From Lingula anatina (lineage: Eukaryota; Animalia; Brachiopoda): a stretch of 64,000 nucleotides of DNA. The position numbers and the translations under genes were made by a program. The stretch is taken from the NCBI GenBank assembly GCA_051362555.1, contig CM120640.1, positions 11,594,001 to 11,658,000 of the forward strand, given 5' to 3'. The first letter of the stretch is position 1; every line of letters starts with the position of its first letter. The notes beneath the pieces are model-generated. The model did no database searches. It had not been told where the DNA came from and saw nothing but the letters and a program-made list of their open reading frames with translations. This document shows positions 38,828 to 52,590 of the stretch, one piece after another.

Positions 38828-40069
38828 AGGATATTATATATCACCCATCTCCCAAATCTCCTTAAAAACTGCCTTACATACATTCTTTTGGGTAATAAAT
38901 AAATCTTTAGTGATCAGTGATTAAATTAATTAACATTTACTCATATGTCATCTTGCAGATGATGTCATAATTGCGATTTGGGGGTAAAAATTGAAAAATC
39001 AGTTTCTCAGATTTCTCTTTTACCTGAGCACCCACCATCACTATTTCAATGCTGATTTAATGACACCATTTAGTACACTAAAACCCTGCCAGCGATTTTT
39101 CCTAAAAGTCTTAGATCAGTTTTTATCGTTGATAAAGCAAAATAATGCTTATGTTTAATGAAAATATATCATTATGGGCTCATAACTCCATAACAAAAAC
39201 ATTTAAACCAAAATTACAGCACGGGATTGTAGCCTTTACAATCCTGGCTAATTTTTTGTGATGAAATCTTGTTTAGGGATGAAGTTACCCCTCATACGGA
39301 TTGCTATCTAACCTCAAAATAGAAAGGTGTTAAGTCAGACATGCTGCAGGCCTACCCAACTACCAGACTCAGCACATAAGGATCCTGAATTAACCCGTAT
39401 ATCAGACAACATTACCCGTTTTCAAGGTGTGTGTCAGATCGCATTTCGGGGGTATCAGTCAGAACACCGACAGGATGATCGAGGTCGTCCTACAAAATTT
39501 GTTCTGGGGTATGCTGAAAACTTTTCAGAATGGCTGGACATTTGGACCGGCAGTAATGAAAAATTTGCCGGACCAAATGGATTTTTGTCGAACCGAAAAC
39601 CACCCTATTCGTTTCAGACAGATACTGCCAGTAGGATTAGATAGCTTACTTTGTTTGTGAATGTGATAGGTTTGAAATGGAATAGAAAAAAACGCTTTAG
39701 GTTTTATATAATTTTATTAGTGAAGTAAGTCGAACGATAACTGTAAATTCAAAATTGTGGTTCTTAAAACTCTTGTCGGTCCTTTGGACTGACCAAGTCC
39801 AATTTTTTACCGATCCAAACAAATTTTCCTGGTCATGACCGATCGGACTGACAGTTTCAGCATGTCTTGTTAAGTAGAAGATTAAAGCTTGGAGTTGCCT
39901 ATGCTTATACTTTGCAACGAAAAATTTTTAATGCAGCTATTTTATATTTTTCAAGAGTTTTTTTTCCATTTCTTTAAATCAGCATAAAGATAGATGTATT
40001 ATTGAATAATTAGATACAGAAAAAACTCATTTTTGGTATCTGGATGATAATAAAGGGTAACAATATCCT
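38828..40069. mobile_element. Kolobok-like (TTAA-flanked) non-autonomous element, family C, hosting nested insertions
   Basis: TTAA-AGGATATT ... AAGGGTAACAATATCC-TTAA; body similar to 33832-34483 (inverted) and 18010-18680. Confidence 0.65.
39336..39867. mobile_element. hAT-type MITE nested in family C
   Basis: 8-bp TSD TGTTAAGT (39328-39335 / 39868-39875); TIR CAGACATGCTG / CAGCATGTCT. Confidence 0.75.
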
Positions 40070-42975
40070 TAAAGATTTGAAAATACTGTGACAGTTTTCT
40101 TTAATTCATATCAGATGGATTGCTTTTTTATACGAGTCTGGTAAATGTTTTTGATTAAAAGATATGTTAGAAAACATGTTTTAAGAGGATCATAATGGCC
40201 GTAATGGACACTATTAACAGCATATCTCATCCAGACTTGTTTTTAGCTAAGCTTGATGACATTTATTTAACAGTTGATATACTCGAATTTGATCAACCAG
40301 ATAGCATGAATATTTCTTTCAGGCATACACAGGTACACATGCATGCACATAGCAAAAAGAGAACAATTATTGTGCACAAATATTAAAATGTGTGGTTTGA
40401 GATAAAAAGTGGGTTAAGGAGTTAACCATCATTTCCAATAAGATAAAACTCTCAAAATTGTTTGTTTTTGACCTATTCTCATCTGTTACTCTTTTTTCCC
40501 TATCATGGCATGTATGTTTTCCTACTACTTTGAGTAATTTCTTCACACTTAGAAGAACAAAACAAGACAACTTGCTGAATTTCTCATCCCTCACAGTTAT
40601 TGGTTTTTGCCAAAATGGCACTTTGTTTGCAAATAAGTAAATATTTTAGTGAACTTTGTCAGAAATTTAAGGGAAATCAACTTTTGGAATGTTTTGGATG
40701 GTCTTGTTGTCCCTTCTTAGACCAGTGTTTGAATTTTGCACAGCCTGAACAAATGTCATAATATGCTCCGTCCAAGTTTGGATAAATCAGATAAAATGGA
40801 GATTATTAAGCATGACATGTTTGAGTCCTATAACATTTTTTATCACAAAACTTCCTTAAATTTTGACATCGGTTATATGCAAACTTTCTCTTAATTGCTA
40901 TTTGACACCTTGATAGGTTCTCTGCATTAGTGTTCCTATCTGTAGGTATACAGGGTATATATTGGTATATCAGATTTCCTGATTGTTAGGAGAGCAAAAA
41001 GGGTCTTTCACATATCTTTCCCCACTGAAGGATTGCAAATAATTATAGCTTACACTCAACCCTCAAAGCAACACTAGGTGGTCAAAATTAATTGGGCGGA
41101 AAATTGACATTTTATATGAATTGGAGTTTTACTTTTCATTCTTGAAAAAACTGTTTGCCAAGATGATCTGTATATTTTATAAATTCTTCAAAAAAATTGC
41201 CACTGCATCAAATAGCTGCAGTTACAATCTTTTGCTGAAGTTTGGACCTACAGTACATAAATATAAACATGTCAAGTGTTTTCCACCTGATGGAATTTTT
41301 CTTATGGTCTTGTCTTGCTATTCACTTTAATGCTCTCCTCTTCAAATATATGATAAGTAAACTGTCCATTTGGTAGAGTTCTCACAGCAGATTCATGAAG
41401 AATTTACATGAAAAGATTAGAAATCAAGTTTACCCTAGTGGTTGCATTATTTTAGCTCAATCACCAGTTCATGCTAGTTAATTAAATTCAAATTTCATCC
41501 TCAGGGTTAATTTTGAGTAGGTGGAATTCCATCATCTCCTACAAACTGTAGAATATATAAATGTCATTTTGGTCATAAACATAACCATGGTATTATCTGT
41601 CTCAGAATGTAACAAAGGAGCTAGTAGAACACATCAATATAAAGTTGTCTTTATGGTATTATTCCTTGTATAGATTTACTGGCAAAAAGCAGATTAAGAT
41701 GCAGCAATAATCTGTTTGCTGGTGACTACATATACTGTAGTGCACCTTTAGTATTATCACACTATAAACCTTTGTCTGTTGATAAAGAACTTTACCAGGC
41801 CCAGTGATGTACCATTCACTTCCAGCATCATAATATACTTCAAAATTTTACACATGAAATATTTTTGAAATAATGAGAAACATCAAATTGTTTAACACAT
41901 ATTTAATTTTAAGTACCAGAAACAGAACCCATGAAAAACTAAGCCAAGGACATCGGCCCACTGAAAGCAGCCGTAAGGTACTCATGTGCCCTCTCCCAAA
42001 GTTGGTGTACTATTTAAATGAGGCACTTTTTCCTCGCCCTAAGGAAGTATAGGCAAACATATACTATTTATTCAAGGGATTTCCTTTCTATGTGCTTTCT
42101 TTAGATGACTTTATAAATATGTATTGTAAATAGGTTTGTTTATCGAATCCTTCAGTTGAAGAGTTTAAGTGGCAGTTCCCATAACACTCCATGCGTCATA
42201 TAAGTCAGTGCAGGTGACATATCCCCAACAATGACATTCTCTGTTTCTGGCTGTGGATTTAAAAAGATATCAATTCCATCTAATGTCAGGATGGTTTCTC
42301 ACAGTCGTGTTATAAATCAAATTTTCTAGATAGGATTTATTGTGTGGCTAAATGTTACTAAGAGGATTTATCTATATATATGATCACATTAATGGCTCCT
42401 ATAGTTGAGTTAGATTTAAACATCTTGAGGACTCACAGTTTGACGTATGGTCATGATATATTTCTACATGCAAGCTACTTAAAGACAACATGAGCAGTGC
42501 TTTTCATTACATCTGTTAATTTCATTAAAAATAATGTCTTAATACCTTGTTGATATTGATATTGGTATATATCAATCATTCCAAACAGCACTTTTACTTG
42601 TGGGCTTGAAGATCCCTGTAGACCAAACCCACCTCCTTTTTCTGTAGCTCATATGCCCTATTATTTAATCTTATCTACTGTAACCTCTTTATTTGACTTG
42701 AGGTAACTCATAAGCAAACCTAATCATCTCACACCAGTGAACTTAGGAGTGCATACATTGATAATGCATGATGTTTAGAGATGACAAGTTATATATATAT
42801 ATGTCACATAGTTTGCTCACATCATGAATGTTTTAATTATTAGGAAGAAAGGGAAATTTAAACAGGCATATAAACTGGGTGTTAAGTGGGACTTAAAATC
42901 AATTATATATAGCAACACCATTCTCACATCCCCAAACCATCCATGTTTTGCTTGTTACTTTTATGTTACTTTTTA

Positions 42976-43205
42976 AGGCCCTATTTTCATAGACACCTTT
43001 GGTCTACAGAGATGGACCCAATTCTGCGGGGACTCTAGCTGATTGCAATCAGCTTAAATGAATGACAAGCCTCCTCCTGACTTTAAGTAGAATACAGAAA
43101 AGCTGGTGATTATATGAGTATGTTGGAAACAAATGGAGATGCGTCAGTCAGTTAAGCTGATTGCACTTAGCAAGAGTCCGTGCATGAGTTGAGTCTGATC
43201 CACTT
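42976..43205. mobile_element. dispersed repeat family E; relatives at 8402-8562 and 56182-56400
   Basis: Shared AAGTAGAATACAGAA..GCT and GATTGCA..CAGC.AGAGTCC blocks. Confidence 0.6.
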
Positions 43206-43682
43206 AAAAGCAATGTCAACTAATCTCCTGATGGTCTCACCGTCTGCAGGGACCTTGTAAGAAAACCTCAGAGCTCAGATTTAATCCATTTAATGGAACA
43301 TGTGCAGGTGAGGAGACCATCATGGGTTAGGTGGCTTGCTTTTAAGTGGGGTTGGCCGTATTTTGTATATGGATGACTTAATCCATGGATCATCTGTCCT
43401 GAATACGCTCTATGGGAATGGGGGCCTAAATTGACATTCTGGCACACAAGTGTTTCACTCTTGTTTTTTCGCCTCATGCAGATTCTTGCACATTTTCTTG
43501 TCTTAAATGGCATCACACAGTGCCCACAGTCTTGTTTTATGCTATTTTGAATGATTTCCATTTAATAAGAATGATTTTAGACCATTTCCTTGTATGATAT
43601 AATAATTTAACATTTCTTATACTAAAAGTTATAAAAGTCAAGCTTTAATTGTGAGGAAAGATTGATATTATGGGGCATCTCG

Positions 43683-43800
43683 ATAGTCCGAAGGTTCATT
43701 GGTCTGAAAAATGGTAACATTTTCATCGGTTTTCTAATAAAGGGTTCATTGGTAAGAAGGCTCTTTAGTGAACATTCGGACCAATGAACCTTCGGACTAT
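43683..43800. mobile_element. small palindromic MITE-like repeat
   Basis: 22-bp IR ATAGTCCGAAGGTTCATTGGTC / GACCAATGAACCTTCGGACTAT. Confidence 0.65.
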
Positions 43801-44496
43801 TGAACATTGTTTGAATTCAGTTGCAAGGTGCTAAAATTGTGGATTAAGTTGTCTGTTTATCTCTTTGCTGTTTAGAGTTAACTTAAAAATTAATAAATAG
43901 CTGTCACTGGTGGCATTTTATCTTTTTTGTTTGAAATGGTGCACATGGTATAGATGGATCTAATGGAGCTTGTTAAAAAGTTATTTTTGATGCAAATGTT
44001 CTTAGCAAAGTGAGGTTAAACATATCTCTGTCATGTATTTTGTTTTAATTCATTATTGTGGATACATAACACACTTACACACATTACAGAAAGCTTGGAT
44101 CTACTAGTGAAAGGCCATGGGTCACTATCAGTTGTCCCCGTTTTCCATGTTAAGTGTGTAAGATAAAAATTGTCAATAGAAATGTAAGCACTAAAGCATT
44201 GGTCCACTTTTATGATGGGTTGTAAATTACAAAGTAAAAGACTGAATGCATACTTCTAGGTGCGACTATTACTTTTGTTTCCACACTTTTATTGGAAAGA
44301 TTTTGTGTTTGATGTTATAAAGATCAGGTAAGATATTCTATTTTTATGTTCTGTGAGTGTAACAGTCATTGAGTTGCAAATGATATACCTGTAGAAGAAG
44401 TAACACAATCTCATTACATCATCTTGGTCAAGAAATTTGATCATTCTTTATTTTGGATAGTGGGTTAACATTTGATAGTTGCTATTGTTATTCCAG

Positions 44497-45147
44497 TTGG
44501 ATCGATGTACCAATTTTGATGAGAGACGTAAAATTCGAGCTGCCATTCGCAATGCAAAGAACGGATCCCTAGGTGGTCCTTCTCAGTCAAACCATTCAGG
44601 TGGTGGAAGACTCTTCCACAATACCATGGCAAGCAGGTTGGGCCGAGGTAATAGCTTTGATAGAGCTGGTTCCAGTTACATTGGAACTCGTCAAAGCAGC
44701 TTTGGAACTCGTGAATATTCTACTAACAGGGATCAAGGAAGAGTGACCAGTGGTACAGGCAGATATAATGATAAGTCAAGGCACATTGATGATGTATCAA
44801 GTAAAGTAGGTTCTGCTAGAAAGGTCTCTCAAGTGGACTCTCTTGGAAAAGCTGGATCTTCACGCAAGACCAGCAGAGATGAGAGTTCAGTAGGCAGCTA
44901 CAACCCTGCTACTAGTGGTTCAAGGCGACCTAGTCGTGACATAAGCCAGAAGACTACTAATATTAGACAGTCAAAAGAATATGAGACATCAAGAGGCAGC
45001 AGTAGTAATAGAAGAACCTCAAGAGATAATACTTTTACTATCTCAAACAACAAGAGTACGATGTCTGGTACTTCAGGAATTAAAGATATTGGTGGCAAGC
45101 ATGTGTCGATAGGAGATGTACAAGATGAAGCAGAACTTGAAAAAATG
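44497..45147 (+). CDS. SMTN: smoothelin-like exon 2 (LDRCTNFDERRKIRAAIR... S/R/G-rich linker ...IGDVQDEAELEKM)
   Basis: Acceptor ttattccag, donor ATG|GTAAGT; 651 nt, phase 0-0; lies in ORF 44479-45171; smoothelin half-motifs at both ends. Confidence 0.9.
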
Positions 45148-48100
45148 GTAAGTGCTTGTTTCTACCTATAATTAGACAAGCAAGCCAAGTTATCCTAAGT
45201 ATTTGACATAATTGTAAATCTCAGTTGCCCATTAAATCTACAGTTAGTCCTCTTCTTTAGGCTTGATTGCATTCAGTTTTATTATGTTTTTCGGGTTTAA
45301 TTCGGTTTTATCCTGGTTCAGAAATTATATATGATATGGAAAAAACTAGGGTAAACTAGGTTTTTTACATACATAGTTTCAATCCCATCTTTAAAGATTA
45401 TGTCAATACAAAAAATACTTTTTCATTTTTGGGTGGCACCATCATGCTCAAGTATTTCTACAACATTGGGAGAGAGGAATTGTTTGCAAATGAGATTACC
45501 TGACAAACTTCAGATATAGCTTAGTGCCATGAGTCTGAAATTGCAAAATATGAGTCACCCCTATATACTGTATCCATTTCACTGCAAACTTGCTTTTTGT
45601 CATTATATGTATATATATTTTCTATACACATCCTTTTTTTCTCATCCAAAGTCAAGATGGTTTATCAAGTTTAAAGAAATCAAAAATGATGACTGTTGCA
45701 ATTCTTAATTAATATGTGTATTTCACCACATCACTGACATAAAATTAGCTGGGTCAAAGTGCCAGACATCAATAAAGCTGTTATCCATTCTAGGTAAATT
45801 ATGACACTTGATAAGTGGATTCTGTTGTGTCCATGTCTTAACTAACAAGTCGTTATTTAATTTGCGTGTTCTCTCCTCCAAATCTTGCAAAATCTCCCTT
45901 GATTTTTCACTATCTCAGTATGTTCTCATTCCCTATCATTCAGGTGTAAATCTTTGTTAAGTTGCTAAAGAAGTAAAAGGTATGCCATTAAAAACCATTA
46001 AAAAGTTTTTATAAATCATATTCTACAGACACTCTTTGAGTTTGTATAAGATATCACATTAATATTTTTCCACACTAATGTTGATAATTCTTGCCTTGGA
46101 AATTTTGTCTTAAAAGGATTTTCAGTTACCTTGCTAGCCCCATGGCCTTTGTCTGGTGCCTTCCAGGTAATGACTTACAACAGTCACCATAGTTAACTGA
46201 ATATTTTAACACAAGTTTGTGCCTTTTTCTTGGAACCATTTACCCAGATGCAGAACCCTTATCTTTTGCATTATACTTGTTTTTATAATGATTTTTATCG
46301 TGGTTATGTATATTAATTTTAATGCCCTTATGTTGGTTTTATTTGAAAGCTTTTTAAAATCAGTTGTATTTTAGGAGGATACACAATTATTTTCATGGTG
46401 GCCATAGACAATTGCATTATATATCATAAAACTTCACACCTTGAACACTAAACTAAAGACATGATAATGCAGTTACAGTAAGGGGAGAATCTCAATATTA
46501 AATTTTAAACAATTGTTGCATTAAACCTGCTTATTTTTCTCAATACCTTGTACTTATACTCAAGATGTTTAATCTTTTTCTGAATACTGAAATCCCCATC
46601 CCTGCTTAGAAATCTTATTTTCATATCAATTTACAGGGCTAAAACTGTGGTCCTTAATACTAATTGATTATACTTGATTGATGTTCTACAGCACTAAAAC
46701 TGGCCTTATGGAACTAATTCGACAGTTTTGACATATGATGTGACAGAATTTTAGGTGTTAAGCATTTCTTGACTGTGATCTAAATGTTAGAGTTAACTAC
46801 CTCCTAGAGACTAAAAAACATCATTTATTCTCTTAATAAGTTAATGTGCCATGTTTGCATAAAAATTTATATATTTGTTTTTAGTCAGGGTACTTTGAAA
46901 ATAATCAGTTGGGACAACTAAAGGTAAGATGCTCAGGTACTGCATACATGTCTGACTGCCTTGCCTTGGCACATCAAGGGTATCTGTAAAACAAGGCCTT
47001 TGTTTTTTGTTTCAGGCCTTTTTTTTTTGGAGGGGGGGGGGCTTAAAACTTTATTTTTGTCTCAGACCCGGTAAAATTCTTGTTCAAATGTGCACTTAAG
47101 CTCAGGCTGGATCTAGTGTTAGTATTATACCATTCTGAATCTTCAGTTTGTTTGAAGATCAAACTAATTTGTTTGATGGAGAAAAAAGAATGGACTCCAG
47201 TTTTGCTTGTCCAGAAAAGGTACTGTTCAAAATAATAAATATGGTGAAGCAGTCAACATACACACTCATCTTCCAACCCATACAGAGACAGACTCATATA
47301 TTTCATTTTACGAGCATATATTTTTGACCTCTTGCATGTCCTCATGGCATTACAGCTTAAAGTGCTATTTGAATATTTACATTTGCAATGACCCTAATGA
47401 ATATGGTTTGTGTGCAAACCATCATTTAGTCTGAACATTATCTTCCTCTGACTCAGCCCTTGCAATAACTCTGGTGCACAAGTCACATGAAACGTCTCTG
47501 GGTTTAAGTTTGAAATATACTTGTATATAACTATTTTGTTGGAAAATTGCTGCTGTTTTGTCTAAAATGGTTTGGAACCTTTTGCTGATGGTTCATTATA
47601 ACAGAATGTGCCCTGCAAGTTATGTTTTATTTTATGCCAAGCAAATTAATAAAAACACCCAAGTTTCTCTTTTCAGACATCATGGTTTATCAACCACTGT
47701 TATCTAAGTTTTCATTATAGTTCCCATTATCTTTAAGGCACTTTTGTCAGGCATTTTATAAATGAAACCAAATCTTGTAACTTCCTCTCAATGGGTAGTT
47801 ATCATTGTTTTATGGGTCATCAGCCTATCCCTATTCTCTGCATATTGCATTGGATGCATTCCCATTCTGTGTCTACATGTAAGGCTAGAGACACTCACAG
47901 ACTTATAAATCCCTGCTTTATCAGTAGAGCCCATCTGGCACCTGAAATATGTTTAAATTAGACTAGTTCTGAACATGCCTTTAAGACTAGAGTATGTAGT
48001 TTTATCTAAGTCTGTGACTTGGTCTGTACTCTCAGATTAAGAAGTTATCAAGTTTAGGGGTTTACACTGCCCAGCAAGATGATGTGTTATGAGATCAGTG

Positions 48101-48992
48101 ACAGTTTGGCATTTTGTTCAGTGGAATGTATGCTGGCAAAGGTAAGAAAATTGTGTCCTCAGAACACTGTGCCACTTAACTTTGCTTGAAACATTTTGCA
48201 TCATGACAAAGAATCACTTAAACAAATGTTCAAAATGTGCATGGATGTTTTTTCACCAGTTGAATGTATGTATTTTTTGCCCCCTTCCAATTTACTCAAA
48301 GCATTAATTTTGTCCTGTAATGTAGCTATAATGATAAAATATCACTGTGTTTTCATGTTTTCTGCATACTTATTTAAGTCAAAGTTCAAATTATTACAGA
48401 TGATCTTTTATCTCCCTTTTGTGGGTAACATTTAAGGACTTCAAAACACGTTAATGTTTTCTACAAAGGTTTGATGCAGATATTATCTGTAAAATTTGGG
48501 GGGGGGGGTTCAAGAGAAAAGTTACTTTGCCCTACTTCATGTGATTATGTAGACCACATACCTTGCTGCTGAACAATGGTCAGCATACTCTCTTAATGAT
48601 TAACAGCTATAAACATGTCATCTATGAGTTTTAATTTTGATTAAAAATACACATTTTCTTATAGGCTTTCCCAATTCAAAGACGTAATACTCTGGTATTA
48701 CTTGAGGAATTGTAATTTTATGAAAAGAATAGACACCTCTTATGTGTACATCTCTACAATTTTAATGATAGATTGATAATTAAACACCCAAGGACAAATT
48801 ATATAAATTTAGATTTGTCACAAAATCATCTCACATACCTCCCTTAATTAGCAAAACACATGACTAATTTGTACTGAACAAGTTAAACTCTAGTTTCAAG
48901 GGAAATAACCCCATTAGTTCAAGTAGACCGCTGTGTGAATTGTAACACATAAATTTGCTTTGATATATGAATATAAGTGAATTGTGATGAAA

Positions 48993-48993
<1 letters not shown>

Positions 48994-49058
<65 letters not shown>
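48994..49058. repeat. (TA)n microsatellite
   Basis: Read directly, ~32 units. Confidence 0.95.
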
Positions 49059-49061
<3 letters not shown>

Positions 49062-50218
49062 GGTTTATGCAGCCCTGAAGTGTTAGAATTTAGCCCTGCG
49101 CTTTGAATTCAGTTTATGACCATTGGAAAAGTTCTTGAAATAGTTCACTTAAGCAATTTGTCAATTTTTTTTTCAAATCTTGTTGTTTTTCACCTGAATG
49201 TGGACAATCATTCAAAGAAGGGGAGGATACCCTTTTTGGACATCATTTAATTTAATTCTTTTCATGTTTCATCAACGTTATGTTGAAAGACACTTTTTTT
49301 TTAATACTTGTCTTTTTTCTTTGGTATGTACACATATCAATGACAGTAGATTGCCCTCATTTGCATTTGAAAAATCATCTCATCTCTTAATTTAGAGCCT
49401 AAAAAGTCCTTGAAACTTCTTGAATATGTTATAAATGTTCCTGTATGAACCCTGTATATATACATATGATACAAAACAACTAGGCTCATATCCTCAGTTG
49501 CAATTATAAACTTTGCTAATAAAAGGTGTACGTAATCTTTCAATGACTAAAACACAGCATATATATCGTTTAACACAAGTATCAGTACACACTTACTGGT
49601 GCTTGAGTGCAGAATGCAGGTCCTGGAATAAATATATAACAAGTTACAGTGCCTGCTGCCAATATATATCATAGATCATTTGAAACAATTACAATTATCA
49701 TGTGCTGTAACAGTAACTACATGAATTTTATAGCATTTGACTAGAGCATGGATGTTGACAGACATGACTTACCTTCTTGTTCAGATCTCGCAAGGTATAT
49801 TTTACAAATTAAAGTGGAAGTTGCCTGCATATGTATGACACTGCAGTTAAGGATTTAATATTACATCAGATGCGGGTTTTGGAATTAATCCAACACCAAG
49901 TAAATTCAGCGTTTTTCTGCATGGTGTTTAATCCAATATATGTATTCAGCTACTGTTCAGATCAAAGAATTATTTATTTTATTCTACCACTGTAGGTTAA
50001 GATCAAAGATAGAACCAATACTTGCTGTCACATGTGGACCCGTATGTTGGGTAGACTAGAGTCTTGCTTAGCCAAGATTCAATAATTAATTAAGCAAGAA
50101 TGAAATTCAGCCCCATTATCATTTAGAGTCTCTTTATATTATCAATACAAGTTTGAAATGTGTTCTTTTGTTAAGCCAACGTCACACATTTTGAATACAA
50201 TATTTTCTTTTGTTTCAG

Positions 50219-50303
50219 TTAAGAGAGAGTCATGATTTTGATGAACGCCGTAAAATAAGAGCCCAGTTGAGAAAAATTCGTGATGAAAAAGAGAAATCCA
50301 AAA
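50219..50303 (+). CDS. SMTN: smoothelin-like exon 3 (LRESHDFDERRKIRAQLRKIRDEKEKSK)
   Basis: Acceptor ttttcttttgtttcag, donor A|GTAAGT; 85 nt, phase 0-1; second half of motif 2; too short for the ORF track. Confidence 0.9.
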
Positions 50304-52377
50304 GTAAGTGCTGAATTTTTTTTGCATGACTTACCTTTTCATGAATTCAGACATCAGTGTTTTGCAGAAGAAGAGACAATGTTACTCACAAGTCAGTAAT
50401 AGTTCTGCACTTTGTCATATGACCAATTGGATTAAGGCTCTCAAGTGATGCTGCAGTAATTATTGAATTCCAGCAGTACTGATTAATTATATTTTTACAA
50501 AGCAATTTTCTTTGTTTGTGAAATCTTAAAAAGCTGATTCTTGAGCTGAAGATGGGCTTGGTCCATTTTAGAAGGTATTCTTTGTGAGTAAATAATACTA
50601 ATTATTCTTTTAAAAAATTAATGGAATAGAAAGATGTTTAAAACTTTAAAGTAAATACCGTATGCAGAAAGCAACTAAAAATTAATTATTCACTAGTTAA
50701 GTTCCTAATGTTTCTTGTGAAAAATTAAGTTATCTTTTATTTTTTTAATTTGAGTTACTTGTCACTGAACATGCAAACTAATGGATATTTGACAGAAGTC
50801 AAGATTTCTTTTCATTTGGGTAAATGTCTTTATAGTGGGGTACATTGGTGTGTGAATTTAGTGGAATTTAAATTGTGCAATTTGTTGTGTAGCAACTTTC
50901 CATCAAAAGTACATTAACTCCATTGCATCTAAGTTTAAACAAGCAACAGTTCTGAAGTTTCATGGCCATGTCACCTAAAAGATCAAAAATTATCAGAAAT
51001 AATGCAAGTATGTGTTGGAAAGGAAAGGTCATCTAGAGTTGACACATTATTGTTAAAACAAACAGCAAATAAGTTTAACCAATCTTCGTGTCCATTTTAA
51101 CTTGCATTTTCACAGTTGTTGAATTATTTTCTGTCATTGTCCATCATTATTTTGTTTTAAGAATGTCATCTTCTTTTGTATCACACAACAATTTTTCCCT
51201 TCAAATTGAAGTCAGATTAAAACATTTTGACATATTTAACCAAGACATATTAACAGATCAGCTTTATGTAGATCAAAGTAAGCGTTTAAATTATAGTTCA
51301 GTTATAACTGCTCATTTTGTCATTTTTATTTCATCTCATAAACATTCATGAGGTACTCAAATCTACTTTCAAGTATGATCCTGTGTGATATTGTGCACAT
51401 TTGATAAAGTTTGCTTGTCATTCCTGAAAAAGAAAAGCTTTTATTAAAGAAAACTCCCTATTCAATTAAAGATTTTTTTAAAAAATGTGCACTGATCCCT
51501 AATCATTTGGCATAAAAGTACATCCGGTGGTGGCATTCCGTATCTTGTATCTTAGAGATGTTGAAAGTTTAGTGTCAGAGGTTATCTTGAACCACTCCAG
51601 ATACCTTGGTGATATAGTGGAAAAGGTGTGTTAAAACTGTCTCATATTTTTCTTTGAAATAATGGTTGTTGCTTGCTATCTTTAAACACCTTTGACCTTC
51701 AAATGAAGTTATTTAGGGTTGCATTTTTTGACTTTACAAAATGCAGTATCTGATATATATCTTGTTTCTTCCCATTTGCAAAAGGAGAATATATATACAC
51801 AAAGCCATGGAGGTACTGACATGTATGGGTCAGAGTGATTGGATCTAATTCTTAATTTTCATCTTTTTTTATTTTGATAAACAAAATTTGGATTGTAATT
51901 ATATCAAATTACTTGTCAGTGACCATACATGTGCTATGTATTACTTTACTATATGTAGAATTATTTTGTCTTTCTCATTAGTATGCTGTAGTTATTAAGG
52001 AGATGCTACTAGTGGGCATTTTAGAGGCTTGGTATGTTTAAATGGAAAGATCAGAATGTTAGATGTTAATGGCCCAGGTAATTGTTCAGTGTTACGTGTA
52101 CAGCATTGTAATACTTCCCACAGTTGACTGTTGATATTATAGCATAAGACACAACAAAGTTGGATTAGAAAAGCATTAAAATATTGTCAATTAATGATTA
52201 TTCTTAGATCACAGGATTTGGGGAGAAGTTGGTAGTAGCTTTTAATTGCAATGAATCTCAGAGATACCTATCAACCAGCTTTACTTGATTTTGTATTTGA
52301 AAATTTAAGTCTTACCTTGGAAACTTTTTTCATGCGTATTTTCCATTTCCCCTAGCTGTCAAAATGGTAGTAATGTG

Positions 52378-52590
52378 GGTTGAGAAGGTCTAATTTATCA
52401 AATGATTCAATCTCAACATATTAACATCAGGATTCAAATTGGTCTAATACAATTCAACTATTGATAAATTTTTGCCTGTACACCTGGTTGAGAAGGTCTA
52501 ATTAATGAAGTGATTAAATCTTAACATATCAGAATCGGGATTCAAATTGTTCTTATAAAATTCAACTATTGATAAAATTTTGCATGTATG
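52378..52590. repeat. local tandem duplication, 2 x ~109 bp
   Basis: GGTTGAGAAGGTCTAATT...TTCAACTATTGATAAA at ~52378 and ~52487. Confidence 0.8.
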
